Assembly (NCBI GenBank): GCA_040954595.2 | Contig: CM082584.2 | Span: 13,261,337 to 13,325,336, forward strand | Length of the DNA: 64,000 nt | Source of the DNA: Balanoglossus misakiensis | Taxonomy: Eukaryota; Animalia; Hemichordata | Direction: 5' to 3' | Shown: positions 25,701-42,933 of the stretch, in pieces | Layout: each line of letters begins with the position of its first letter | How positions within the stretch are numbered: position 1 is the stretch's first letter | Notes under the pieces: generated by a model | Database searches by the model: none | Told to the model about the DNA's origin: nothing | The model's input: the letters and a program-made list of their open reading frames with translations, nothing else | Position numbers and translations under genes: made by a program

Positions 25701-28700
25701 AGTGGCTTGTACAACAACCATAAAAATGCTTCTGATGCATAAACTTTCTAGTTTAAATCAATTCACACACCATCGTTAAATCTATGATGAGGATTAGACA
25801 ACAAAAATGTTTGATAATTGTTATCACTATTATGGAACAGTATCTAAAACTTTCGATTAGATTTTTTTAGTGCATTGACCACCTTTGCTTATTTACATTA
25901 AAGTGTCTTTGTATCTGGCCTGTCATTACGAAGGAGTGGACACTGTAGAATGCACTGGAATTATTGACAATGGTATTGAAGTCTAGAATTGGAAGTTCAT
26001 TTGTCAACAGTTAGCAGTGTTTGGCTGTCCAAACATAGACTATGTCAATAAGCCTACTACTTGATAAGCAGTTCAATATCCTCTGTGGAGAGTGGGAAAA
26101 AGTACTTGATACACAGTTAAAGTAATGAAAAACACCAAAATTATTGAATATTAATTGTCATATTAAGAAAGAAATTAGGAAGATTTTTTCTTAGTTCTAA
26201 CGCATGTACTTTAAGAAAAAAATTCAGCTGTATGTGAATGTTTTTGTGTGTTTTATTTAAATTAACCTCAAGTGACATTTTCAATAACAAGAATCACAGT
26301 CAATTTTCTCGCAGTATTGAAATGGCGATATTTCATTGATGTGTTTCTTGCAAAATGACTATTTGAATGCAAGCTGTATTGCTTGGCATAATTGATGTCA
26401 CACTGAGGGCAATCTTGATACAGCTGGTGAAAAGTGTAATGTGTACAATTTCTGATCCCGTTGGCTGAGTCTGTGAATGGTGGTAATTGGGGCTTGGTAG
26501 TGACTGATTGGTTTGGTGTTGAGGTCGGACTTGCTCAGTGATTACAACAGGGCTTTGCGTGCAGAGTTCAGTGAATACAAGCACAGTTGCATCTTTCTGA
26601 TATAAAACCTGTGTTAATAATTTGTCTGTGGGAAGTTTGCTTTTAATCTTTGTTGTCGGTTTTTGCCGTCTCTCTGTGTTGTTGGTTTGACTTGAATTTT
26701 ATAGTTGTTGCAATGTACAAGATGTACATTTCATCAAACTGAGTAGATGTAGATTCTGGTAACTTTCAATAATGTGCTTTGGTGGGAATGTTATACGTTT
26801 GGGAGGATGAGCAGTGATGTAGAAAAGTGGTTTAATTGTCAAAATTTCAGCCCAAATGTCTCTGCAGATGATAATGTGATCAAAGAGGAGAGGGCCAGTG
26901 AATGTGTGGAATCAGTTTGCTTCTGGCCACCCCTCTGGAGAACATAGAGCCTTCTGACTTGACTGGTGTTAGACATAAAGACTTTTCTGTTTGTACCAAT
27001 TGTTTGCCCCAGGGCAGGGGTTATACTTAATGGCCCCAATGAATGGGAATCTATGAAGTAGCTACTACAGCTGTTGCCCCTGAATCTCTCTCGGTTCTCT
27101 GAGGCTTGGCACCTCTAGCCGGGGATGTGAATTCGCTCGGGGTTTTCCTCGCTTGGTAGTCGAGGTTTGATTTATACATGGGTGATACAAAGCTGGAGTC
27201 ATGAAGCAACATAGAGCATGTATATAGCGCTGACCTCTATGGCCCTGGTAGACAGCTTAGGGTGAGATCCCCCGCAAATGCATGTTTCATGGTGAGAAAA
27301 CTCTAATCTATCTTCCTCACTGCATTTTTTCGCCAGTTGGTTACAACTGCTTTGTGTTCCGCTTTACTTATGTGGTCTTGCCCCGTACCTAACACAGAAG
27401 TAATAAAATCACACTACATTAGCCATTACGACTATAGCTGAGTTGTCCGTATATAATTATTGTCACCATTCTGAATGAAATGATGCTGTGTGCATGGCCA
27501 TGGCGAAGATTCACATATTTTTGGATCGTGCAAACTGTCATAGTCCTTACTATTTGATGAAATGGTGGTATTGGTTCATAAAAATAGAAAGTTATTGAGC
27601 CAAGAGTTGTTAGAGGTCTTGTCCAGAGAGGAGTCGACAGTTATTGTGCCAAGATAAACATGGAGTATGTTGCTATATATTGTTACAATGTAAAATCATA
27701 TCTATGAATGCTTCAGGCCTGTCATTGATACTCCAATTCCCTGCAGAGAGAGAGTTGGCTCTGGAAATAAAGTGAGAATATTAGATGTATTTTGCCAACG
27801 GTTTACGTTTTTCCCAGCCCATTAAAGCGACTATAAAAGAGTGGTTCTAGATGAGATCTGCAGCTCCGAGATGATGGCAATGATAAATCTCAATTACTCC
27901 ATTACTGCTGTATTTTATCATGTTATGTAGGTCAAAAAGTCGGAACTTAAAATCATCAGTAACATCCAACTGTGTCATTGCACTAATTTTATCACATTGA
28001 AAACATGATGGAGTGTGTATGCATGAGCAAATGTCGGCTAAAATTCCAAAATGGTCTGTCCTGACCAGGCTGAAACACTGGATATTTCATAACAAGATTT
28101 ACTAAATGCCAAGTATTTGTTGACTTTGGCATATGAACAACAACAACAAAGTCCAGTCCACTGTTACTGTGAGAGTTGGCTATCTTGCCTGGTACTGGCA
28201 TTAATCAATATGCCTTAGTGGCTGCTCATAAAGCCCTGGGCCCAGAGGACCAATTATCTATATCTGATATCAACATGGAGATGGTTGATTGTCGGACATC
28301 CAATTAACACATTTGTCATGTTCTGCCGGGATTGAGATTTGATCTGTTGTGTGAATGTTGCCTAGCAACAGCCTTTATAAAGGTTGAAGTTCAAACTGAA
28401 ACCTCATGGTCTAGTATAAAGATCATAGTTGACAATACAGGACACCAGCTATTTAAACCTTGCGATTTCCATCAATTGGTTTAAGAAACATATACAATGT
28501 AGCAAAGAAGAATGTCCATTAATAGTCATTAATAACTCCTGAGACAGAAACTGAAGTTGTTGAGAGCAAACTTCCACGTGGCCAACTGGCTTATATTTAG
28601 TTTCAAGTGCTTTTCATTTTGACAGTTCAACTAGAGACTGCAGCGCAGACTTGCACTCCCATGAGTGCGTCCAAACGCTGACATATCTGGAAAACAATGG

Positions 28701-31700
28701 CGTGAAAAAAACACATGTTCTGGCTAACGTTTCAATCAGTGTATTTGCAGTCTATCGCGACAAATCAAAATGCCAGACTTTCCTAAACATCTCTCAATTG
28801 CCCGGCTAAAATATGTAATGTAAGTAGCTGATCAGGAGCTGCTAAGAAAACAAAAAATAGAGAAATATTTTCTCCCGGAGCTTGGTTGTTTAAAATGTAG
28901 GAGTGCTTGCAGTACATAACATCCATCCCTGATTTGCTCTGGGGATATGTCTTTGAGAATATCAAGGCTTCAAGTTTTCTTCTGTTGACGTCAACATCTG
29001 GTGATGTCTCATCTCAGAAGTTGGTGTTGTTGATTCCGCATTGAATCAGCCATTCATTTGTTACACATGCTGTGATTGGTTAATATTGCTCTGGTGGGTC
29101 ATGTACATGTATGTGGGTGTGTGATTGGTTGTATCATCACCACCACCATCACCATCATCATCATCATCATACAAAAATACAGAGAAGAAAGTGTTAACAT
29201 CGCAATATTGATGTATGATATGAGTAATGTATGAGAAGTATGGTTATAGAAAGTAAAGAAAAATGCTGGTTAAGTGATCAGTCTGCACATTGCTTGGGAA
29301 TGTGGAAGTGGAGTTTGTCTTATCATGGAATGGTGTCAATATCAAGATAGTTTAGTTGGTGCCAGTAATTGAACTGGAATGTTAGGGATCTCTTCACCAA
29401 TGTCTTGTGGCGTGTCTGTGGCAGTTAACAATTTTATGGTGTCAGACTATTCCAATTTGAATGATTTTTATGACCATCATAAAAAAAATAAGTCTTCTCA
29501 GCCACTAGGTTTTCTGTAACATTTTTTATTGGCCGAATGAATGTTGTATGGCGCCTCTTTTCATAGAATTTTCCCAATTTCAAGCTTCACCAAAATGTTA
29601 CTCGATTCTCAAATGGCCCCCATATTTTATTCCCCCAATAAAAAAAGGTCATAAATCATTCAACACATTTATGCCATTGACATTTGCCTTGCAGCAGGGG
29701 TATACTGTCTCAACCAGTTCTCTATTGGGGGCACAGCCTAATGAAAGACTGCCTGCTTGCTGTCGGGTATATGAAAATGATGCCAAGGCTCGGTACCAAC
29801 TCGGAACTCAACTGGGACTTCAAAAATGTATCCCATACAGAGACGGATTAACATTTTTCGGAAGGGACCAATCATATCGCTTGAATGGGAATTCAGGAAA
29901 ATATTTTGATGTCAAGATTATTTCTGTAATGTTAGCTGGGAAACTTTTGTCAAGACAATCACTGCTGTGAAATCTAAAATGCTTTTATACATGTTTGTTC
30001 ATTTATTTGATTGAAGAACTTTTTTCAGTCAGATCTCATTTTTAGCGACTGATTCCTAAAAAAGGTATGTTCGTAATACCATGGTGTGCAATTATACTCT
30101 TGGCTGAGTATTTTTGTTAACACATTGACGATCGTTTTACTGTGAATTTGAAGCCATAGTTTATCAAGCAACTGTATACCATTGTGAGGACATACCGATC
30201 TCTGAGTTCAATTCGTTACTTTGTTGCAGAGTGTTCCAGCCTCTCAAAGTTGCAGAAATTCCGATATCGCTTCTCCTCAGGGATATCTTTTACGTGACAT
30301 TTTTAGTGGGTGATGAGAACCAAGGGCCATAGCCAAATGGTTTCTCATTCTTTTCTTTAAAAATCTGTGAGTTTTCAGTTAAGTGTAGGGAGGTGGAAAC
30401 ATGTGGGATTTACTGTGGCTTGATTATACACAATGGAATTTCAGAAAATAAGCTGTCAAAACAGTTGACTTAGTCAGTGAACCTAATTGACCTGGCAGAT
30501 AGCATGGAATAATTTTTCCAGAATGATTTCCAGAACACAGCGCTCTCGGAAGCTTAAGCATGACTAATACGACTGCCTTGGCCCAAATTTTTACTGTCTG
30601 GTTTTTTATATCCAACCTTGACAACAGAGTACACATCCGTGTGAAGGTTTTTAGATCTGAAACATGTGTCACTTGCATGTCTTATGGGTCAAGTCTAAAT
30701 AGATAAAAAAATAAATCATTGAGACAGTACTGTCATATTGCAGTGCACTATACAATGTATGAAATGAAAACTTTATAGCCCCACATCAATTTTGATCGCT
30801 AAGTGAATGTGTGTCTTTCAATAATGTCCTTTTCTGCCAGGTGCTGTTTGCATTAAACCAGACGCTATGGCAACAAGAGATTCTGCGATCTGGAGAGACG
30901 GGAACATCGTACACGACGGAAGATCTCATTCGCCATTACAACTGTGGAGATCTGAACTCTGTAATATTTAATCAGGACACTGCGCAAGTGCCCAAACTTA
31001 TCAATGTGACACTCGGAGTGCAAGAATTGAATACTGCTGAGAACATTGATGAATACTTCCGCCAGGAACTCATTTACAAAAGGAATTATCGGATGGCGTC
31101 CAGGGTCAGAGATCTTCTAGAGACGTATCCACAACGAAGCTTCTTCTTTGCTTTTGGTGCAGGTGAGTGACCGATATCACTTCTGTTCTGTGGGATTTAG
31201 TGAGCTTGGTTTTTGTGGAATCTGAACAAACAGTGGTACAGACAAAACCATGTGCGTAAATTAGCACAGATATGCGTTTTATTCCTAAGAATCTTTTTTC
31301 TTGTGCCACTGTCAAGTGAATTCTTTGGCATCTTATTGTCCTCAGGACCTTGTAGAAATCGGCATGGGTCTTTATTGTCCATCAAACACTGCAACAGCCA
31401 GCATGTGTTTTATTCTTTCACACTCTGCCGGTTGTGGCCGGATCTTAAAAGCAAAACCGCATGTTTGACAGTTATAGCACCAGTAGTATCATTTTTATAC
31501 AAATATCATTTCACAGTCCAATCACCACAAAACAGAAAAGAGTGCATGATGATGATGAGTTCACACTGATGTCACACTTGTTCATTAAACAGTAGCCCCA
31601 AAACTCACACCTCAGGTTTGTGAATTATATCAGGACCAAGAAACCAGCCACAACAACCACATTGTCGAAGAGTGCAGGGGGATAGTTGGGGATATTTTAA

Positions 31701-34700
31701 GGGAAGAGAAGGAAATCGGACACTTGAGAGTGCACAGCTGTGAGGATTACCCAACCTTCTCCTTTGTCAGATTATTTAACCACAACAACGAAATAATTGG
31801 CGGTAATTGAAGCAAAGGAAAAAATCTTTCCTGTTAATGCAAGAGCAATCCCTAATGTAGAAGATTATGCGTAAGAGCTCCCACATGGTAAGAGATTGAC
31901 TTTTGAAGTGTCCCATTGTAGAGCATTGGCTGTTTTTAAGTACATTATGGTTGCAAAGAAAACAGTGTAGCTCCTGGTCTGCCAGAACAAGCCAATACTT
32001 CATTTGATGATGTTACTTATGAACCATCTTAGCAACTCTGCAGTCAGTGAGTCACATCTTTATATCTATCCCTCCCCATACCCTTCCCCTCTCTCAATAT
32101 AAATCCTTTCTTTTTTCTCTGTCCGTGCACCCATCCGTCCATCAAAGCTTCCATCCATCCACCTATTCATCGTCCCATTCATTGCTGTCAGAATAATTGG
32201 CATTTAAAAAAGCAATCTCAGTGGCAGATGCAAATGGTCTGCAAAAGACTGTGTAATGTCTTCACAAAGGGTGATAATGAGCCACTATATCATTACCTTA
32301 TCTGAAGAATCAATTTAGCATGCTCTCTTTTGCTCCACTGGGCGCTCTCTGTTCTTCTTCCCATTTGTGGGCCAGGACAAACAAGAACTTCAAATTCAAC
32401 AAAGTATTGTTTACTGGTGGCGGTCCGTGGCTGTTGTGTAGGCCAGAAAAAGGCACAGTGTGTTTGTAATGTAGCATGTAATTAGCTGCTGAGCTAATGG
32501 CTTTTATTGGACCTGGTCATTGAGAGAAACGCTTGTGGTCAACCAAAAATACCTCTTTTGACCAAATCGCAGAAGGTTGTGCAAACTTTACCTCAGTCAA
32601 ATAAGGAAAGCATAATTTCGAAGTCTGTTTTTTTAGGTGGAATTGATTTTTCTTTCACGTATATCCTAGATGTCATTGCCGATTATAAAGAAAAAAAGTT
32701 ATGGTCAAACCAACCTTGCAATATCAAACAAGTACTCATGGCAGAAATAGAAGAAGAAAAAACTTGTTACTGCGTTAAATCATTTGCAGTATTAACAGGT
32801 CATTGCTTCTTTGTCAAGTCTTTAATCCGCACTCATCTTCAGCCCTTGAGCCATGAGGATTTCGTCCACTTTAAAGTGGCGGTCGTTTTCATCTCTTTGT
32901 ACGCGGCGTCTGAACTCATTGAATGCACACCGGTCGTTGTATCTTCACAACCATCAATCCTGTACGCTCTCGCTTTGATTTCACCTTCTCTCAAATCCCA
33001 TTGGTGTTTGTCCGCTCTCCGAAACATTGCCCAGATGCACTGCCAAGATGTCTCAAATTCAAGAGGATATTTAATCTGTGATTACAGACTCTCAGCAGAT
33101 GTCTTGGGCTGAAGTGGCTAAGAGACCATCTCCACGCCAGCTTTGTGTACACAGCTGTTCAAATTGCGTCAAAGATGATAGGGGATGATCCAAATAGATT
33201 ATGTTGTAATCATTTTCTGATGGCATTTTCTTCCTTAATGTAAAACAACTTCAAAGTTTGAGGATACAGTTTCCAATATTCACAGTTTGGAATCCAACTG
33301 TTGCCAAAACAGGATCTCTCGTTATAACAAGGAGGTGGACATGCAGAATTTGGAGGAGAGGGACATTGTAGAGGGGAGTGTCTTGATAATTCTATTTTAT
33401 TAGAGGAGTAGAGTAGACAGACATATCTGGAATCGATGTGATAATCTATTTTCCGAAACCTACAGGCGGAATGTTGTTTGTGGATAAGGCATTGAAGTGG
33501 AAGATGTTCTGCCAGATTGAAGATGTCTGGATCTCCAAGATAACTGGATACTGTCATTAGGGGTTTTCCTGACTCACAGATCGAGCAGACTGATACCCAA
33601 TGGCTGATACCTAATGTTCCATGGGAGGTGGACTTGACTGACAAAAGAATGCTATTTACCAATTTGTTTTCTCTCGGAAGGTTAGGGAGTAAAAGAGAGT
33701 GATGTTTAAGTGTTGGTTTCCAAGAGACAAACATGTTCAATATCACTGAACAACATCCAAAGTAAATGTTGCTATTTCAAAGCTCAGATCAGCTGGACAG
33801 ACAGACCACAGACCAGTTGCGGTTGGTTCTAATTGAAATCTGCTGATCTGATTCCAACAACTTTCCCACTATTTTAGCTTCCATTAGAGTTAAAATCCTC
33901 GGAATGGTCCGGTGATGTAAGAGTGGATCTGCCCAAATAAACAAGGAGAGATTACGGTGCCTTCATTGACAGCAGGAAAAATTAGTTCCTTATCAAGACC
34001 AGTTCATTAAAAGTGTTCTTCAATGGCCACCCTGTGTGACAGATTGTACCGGTTAAATGCACCACTGACAGGCTTATGGAGAGGGTGCTTGAAGTGTAGA
34101 TGTGACAACCAATACCAATCAAGTGGCAACAAGAAGAAGTGTGAATGAGTTCTGAAGTAACAGTTACTGTAAGGTGTCTGCTTGTCTAACACTGAAAATC
34201 AATTAGACATGTGAAATGTGTAGTGTTGCCATAAAACTCATCATTTGTTTCTGATAAGCTTGGTCAGTTTAGTTGACATCGGTTGTGAGCCTCCACTGTG
34301 TTACCTGTTGAACGGTTTGAGTTGTATTCCACGTGGTAGCACATGTGTGTCTCCTACGTTCTGCTATCTATCAGACAGCAGGGGAGGGTGATTGGCATCT
34401 TGAATGTGAATTTGTCTCAGACTTCAGGATTGACAGTGAGCAGCAGGGAAGAGGGGCTTTGCTTTCATTTGCAGTCAATCACTTTTTCACCCATCCAAGA
34501 CAAAGACAGAAAAAAGGGTGAAAATGGAACAAAGACTGGTTTTAGAAACAGAACCATTGATGACGTACAAAAAGTAGCAAACTGTGCCTTGGGCATTGAC
34601 GATGAGAAAGTATATTTTAGAACTTTCAGGAACAAGAACATTCCATGAGGAGCATTTTCTTGTAACCACAATGCCCAGGCATATATATGAAACTCTAATT

Positions 34701-37316
34701 GAAAAAGAAAAGTTGTCAGTAACTCAGTAAATACAATGTACGGATGGTTGTGAGAATTGTGATGTGCATGGCCACCTTGACCCCTACCCTCCAATTGCAT
34801 TCTGGTCCAGACAGCCTCATGTCCAAAGCTAATTGAAGAATTCCAAAATGGATATTAATTGTACAAGTCTCTGTAACATGCATGTAAGATACATGTAACA
34901 GTGATCGCCAAGGTCATATCAACAGGCAGTATGTCCTCTGGTAAAAAAGAGCACAGTGGTTGTTCAACTTTGGATAATTTCTTGGCATGGCAAAATACTT
35001 TCCATGCTTTATTGAACAGAACAAAATGAACAAACGACATTATGTTACATGATAGCACCTTTGTCCCTTTAACCAATTATATATTATTATAACGACACAC
35101 CAATAAATGCAGTTCTAGATCAGGTTGCAAATTACCAGGGATGACCTCTACAATTCATTAAAAAAATTCCAATTTGAGCAATTTTGGAATCTGCAAAAAT
35201 GTCAAGAAAAGGTTTGTGATTCACAATGAATCATGATATACAAAATCAATTTATTTTTCTGGGGCGGTTCAATTTGGTTGATCTCAGGTTCAATTTTTCA
35301 ATAAATGTAGTTTATATTAGTGATTTGTGCAGCTACATGTAATCGAAGTCGATGTATTAGGTTTTCTTTCATTCAGCAACTGATTTTTTGTTTTATATTT
35401 CACATTTTGATTGCTTCTTTGGTTTTATGTTTCTCTGGAGACCGCGCTTGTAAATGTTCTTTTTTCCTGCAAGGTACACACATTTTTAACAAGACCTGAA
35501 AAACAATGATTTAAGTTGGAAAAAGAAAATTAAAAAGGCCTTGAAACTGAGGATCAGTTTAATATCAAAATATAAGAACCCTGCAGCTGTTGAGTGTATT
35601 TAAGCGAAATGCATGAAACAAATAGTTGGTTTAATTTGACCATAGAGCGCATTTGTTGGTGCAAAATATTGGGTTTGATTTTATCAGAATCAACAGGAAA
35701 AGGAGCCATCACTTGCAATATGTTTTGAAATGTCTCTTCAAGGATGATTGAACTGATTCCTGCTTCAGAAAGAAAACATGAATTTGGAGACTGTAATTTG
35801 ATCAGCCAAATGTTGAAGGAGCATGGCGCTAACACATCAAATGATGGTCTTGGTATAACATGATTCGAGAGAGGAAAAAAGGCCTCTGTTGTAAACATGT
35901 AAAGCGTGTCTGGATTAAAAGATTGTTGAAATTGCTGCGAGTCAGTCAGGGGAAATAAACCACAACAACATTTGTGTTCAAGGCTGAATGCTACAAACGC
36001 TCTCACTCCAAAAGAAATCTCGCATTACAAAGCGGAGCCAAGTAAACCACACGGCGGAAAAATAGGAGATTTCCTTGAAAAGATCATCTGGAATCGGTTC
36101 TTTGATGGGAACATATCCCGGAGAATTAACCGGCATCTCTCTGTGTCAGTCAAAATCCCAGGAGCTGTGATTTGTAAATTTGTTTGGTTTGCCTTGGAGG
36201 GATTGATTTAGCGGTTTCTTTTAGATTGTTGTATTCCTCTCCTCTTGATTTATGTTTGCGATCATCTGGATGTCTTTGAGGAGATTTGCATTCGTCAAAT
36301 GTCTTTTAATTGCAAAATACTGACAAGAGAAACCAATCGAACAGAAGGGTGAAAAAAGGTGCAAAAATAGCATTGACATAAATCCTTTAATGTGGCTGTA
36401 CAAGAGTTTTGTGAATAGAAAACCTTGTGTACTCAAGTATTTTAGCCTTCTCTCTGATCTGAAAATGCATTTGTCCGACTGACTTTCTGGGTTTCCATCT
36501 ACATTGACATTTCAAAAACCGATCCTTTGTTTGTGTTCTACTTTACCTGCAGGTCATTTCCTTGGAAACAACACTGTCATAGAAATCCTTCAGAATGATG
36601 GCTATAATATTGAACATGTCAGTCCTGATGAAGATCTTAGAAAAATGAGAAGGTAGGATCTTTTTCAGTCACACTAGCTACATTTGTACTTGTCTTATTT
36701 CTCAAAACTTTGTGCCTGTGTGTTGTGTTTATCTAGAGGTTATTTCCACTCCCATGCAGTGATATTCAACTGCCAAAGTATTAATTACTTTCTTTTTTTC
36801 TTCAAGGCGATGGAGAAAGGAATACCCACAGTTGTCAACGGTGTATAAAAATGAAAGGAAGAGGAAAAACAGAGACCGAGAAAGAATTAGACGAAGGAAG
36901 AGGAGGAGACACGAGAAAGTTCCTAGTAGTAAAGAAAATACCAGACAGTTTAATGATCTGTGGGTTCCATTGGAAAAGTCTGGGTAAGTGGCATGCTTTT
37001 ATATCACTACAAGTATTAGAGATAGAGGAAGAGATAGACAGAGAGACAGGCATGTAAACTTTTTCTGCAACTAATAACATTTTTCTCCCGTTTTTTCTCT
37101 TTTCCTTATTTTGACAGTCAAGAGACAACGACAACGCCAACAGCAGAGTTGAACTCCCTGGTTACCATGGCGACAACACCCCAGCTCTCTCACAGCATCT
37201 ATTTCATTTACATGGCCAATGGCAGAGCTTGCATATATGTACTCAGTCCCCTCATATTACTTGGCAGCATTCTGATCAGTCTCTGGGTTCAGTTCCACTT
37301 TGTTGATAACTTATAA
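22705..37316 (+). CDS. TRABD2: Metalloprotease TIKI (TraB-domain Wnt inhibitor), 6 coding exons
   Basis: Exons 22705-22827 (signal-peptide-like [16 protein letters not shown]), 23143-23706 ([23 protein letters not shown]; [10 protein letters not shown]), 30841-31162 ([15 protein letters not shown]), 36553-36652 (HFLGNNTVI), 36807-36983 (basic tract, RQFNDLWV), 37118-37316 (hydrophobic C-terminus). Phases are consistent. Confidence 0.93.
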
Positions 37317-39022
37317 ATAGACACGTAAAGTCTAGTGTATATCTGTACAATACTGACAACATCTCTGAGTGATTGCTTTTTTTTAGGAACTTACAATGAA
37401 ATATTAAAATGTCATGGATTATATTTGTACAGGCAATATAGCACAAAGCAAATGATCAGGCATCTCAAATTATGCTGAATTGGTAAAATCGGAATTTTAT
37501 TCTGCTCCCCATAAATTGTACATAGGTCCTTATTATTTCTGATATACATATGCTGCATCACACATGAACAGAATGGTGTTATAAAAAAGAAAAGAAGTTG
37601 TCACAGGTTAAACTCAGCATTGAGGGCGCTGTTCTGATCTCCACAGTACCAGTGCCCCTCCCCCTTTCACATATTGCAGTTGATCACAGTTTAGGCTTGG
37701 TGCGTTGACCTGAAATAACCTTTCCAATACCAGAATAACTGTCAATAGTCTGGTCAGGAGACTAGCTTCACTGCCAATGTTAACCATGTTCAGGTTTGTT
37801 CAGACTTAGTTTCTCAGCATTTCTACCGATAGTCACTCAAACTTTGTAGGCTTCAGGTACTTTTTTGCATGTGGGATCTTGTCATCAACTGTTGCACAAG
37901 GTTGCAGAAATACTAGAACAAAGCATCAAGTTAGCGAATACAGTAATATACCATTCAGCATTATAGCCCAGATTTCCAGGTCAAAGTTGAAGTAATAATC
38001 CTCATGTGGTGACTTGGTTGAGTGAGCTTCATTCTGTCTTTCACGCAACAATCAGTAGTCAAAACTATATTATACTTTCAAAGCCGTTCATTGGGTAAAA
38101 AAGACTCCATCCACCACATTGCATTTTGTTGCCTGTGTCCCATTCATCTGACAACTTTGACCTTTAATCTTAGTTTGTGACATCATCATCTCGCAGAAGA
38201 TTTTCTTTCCTCGTTACATACGGTTTAGTACAAAGTGTGCTCTGGGAATAATGTCCCTCAGAACTTGTTTCCATGGTAACTTACAGAGACAAAGATTTCT
38301 GTATTTGATTATTTATTTTTTAAAGAAAATGTCTCTTTATATTATCGGACATCCTAAGTTATGGAGAATTTACAATTCATTACATATGGAGCTATATATA
38401 CTTGTATATACTTTGAAGAGAAAAATAAATTTGGTAACATTTGTTCTTGTTTTAATGTTGGGAAATCAGGTCAGTTTTAAAAAGTTTCAGATTTAGATGT
38501 GTATGACCCTTGTTATGTGAAATATGGTCAATATTTGCATGTGAAATGAATTTTTCTGTAAATATCTAAAAGTTTGAGGATTTTTTGTGGAAACTTTACA
38601 TTTATTATTCTAGTAAATTAATTGTACTTAACAAGAAAGAATGGTGCATTGAAAAAAGCTTTGGACAATCAAGCCAGTTGAACTTTGTTTTTTGTCAGAT
38701 GTTGCCGGATAATGGTTCTACCTGTTGGGTTTGTCAAATAAACCAATTCCATCAAAAGTCCAAAATGAAATCTTGATTTGTCTCTGATGGTTATTTTTAC
38801 CGATTCCTGGGTTAGGTATGTATTTGGGAGAGAGAGGGGGACTAAACACACCGAAAAAATCCGTGATAATTAAGTTTTATTCCAAGGGTCTTGAAATGTT
38901 TGTCTTGAACATGTTGATTGCAAAAGTCTTTCATTAAAATTATTTTTGTTTTAGTTTTTCTCAAAAATTCAGCATTTTCATAAATATTTATGTCAACTCT
39001 TAAAACAGACGAATATGCTTTC

Positions 39023-42199
<3,177 letters not shown>

Positions 42200-42933
42200 C
42201 CTTAATCACACAAAGTGGACGAGACCAATCTGATCTGCGCGATTTATACACACCGTATGTTTCGTGTCAGCCAATGATTTGGAGACTCGTCGACTTTAAT
42301 GTGTGAATCTACAATCAATTTATTACACATCAAACCTTTTGTCACTGTTTCTCCGTCATTCTTGTAGTTACACGTAGACACTGATTCATCTCTGCACTGG
42401 GGGGAGGGGAATGGGAGGGGGGCTCAATCGATCCAAGTTTTGATTTGGTTGATATCCTCACTAAAATATGGCAAATAATAAATTCTTTCTGCACCAGAAT
42501 AAAGATTTAGACGCTTCTATGCATGGAAATCTTTCTGCCAATTAATTCTCAATTTATTTGTGATATATTTGCACATTTTAACCAGTTTTACTGAAACGTA
42601 GTTGTATTTGCTGGCTAGCCTCATCAAAGCTCCACAGCCAGCGTAGCGAGCACATCGTGGTGAAGTTGTCTGCACTGATTCCACATCTTTCGGAAGAGAC
42701 AAGCGAGAATGGTGCCTTTAATTCGTACTTTAACGTGACCTGCATTGATAGTTTTTCGCAAGGTAAACGAAAGTTAAAGTTATCTCCTGTAGCACGGTCG
42801 TGTTCCTTGCATGCAAGCAAAACCAGCTGTTCTCGCTAACCTTTGAACTTTCTGCACAAGAGGTTTCTAGTATGCAGTTGTGTGAAACGTAATACTGTGT
42901 GCATTCAATATTTTCAGGACAAAACTTGACACT

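Noticed and set aside
8590-33000. Scattered TCF/LEF-like ATCAAAG/CTTTGAT words around TIKI
   Set aside because: Not clustered, and the number seen is compatible with chance for a 7-mer in AT-rich DNA.
32507-33746. 201-aa (+) and 178-aa (-) ORFs in TIKI intron 3
   Set aside because: Non-ATG starts and no family motifs; likely chance ORFs.
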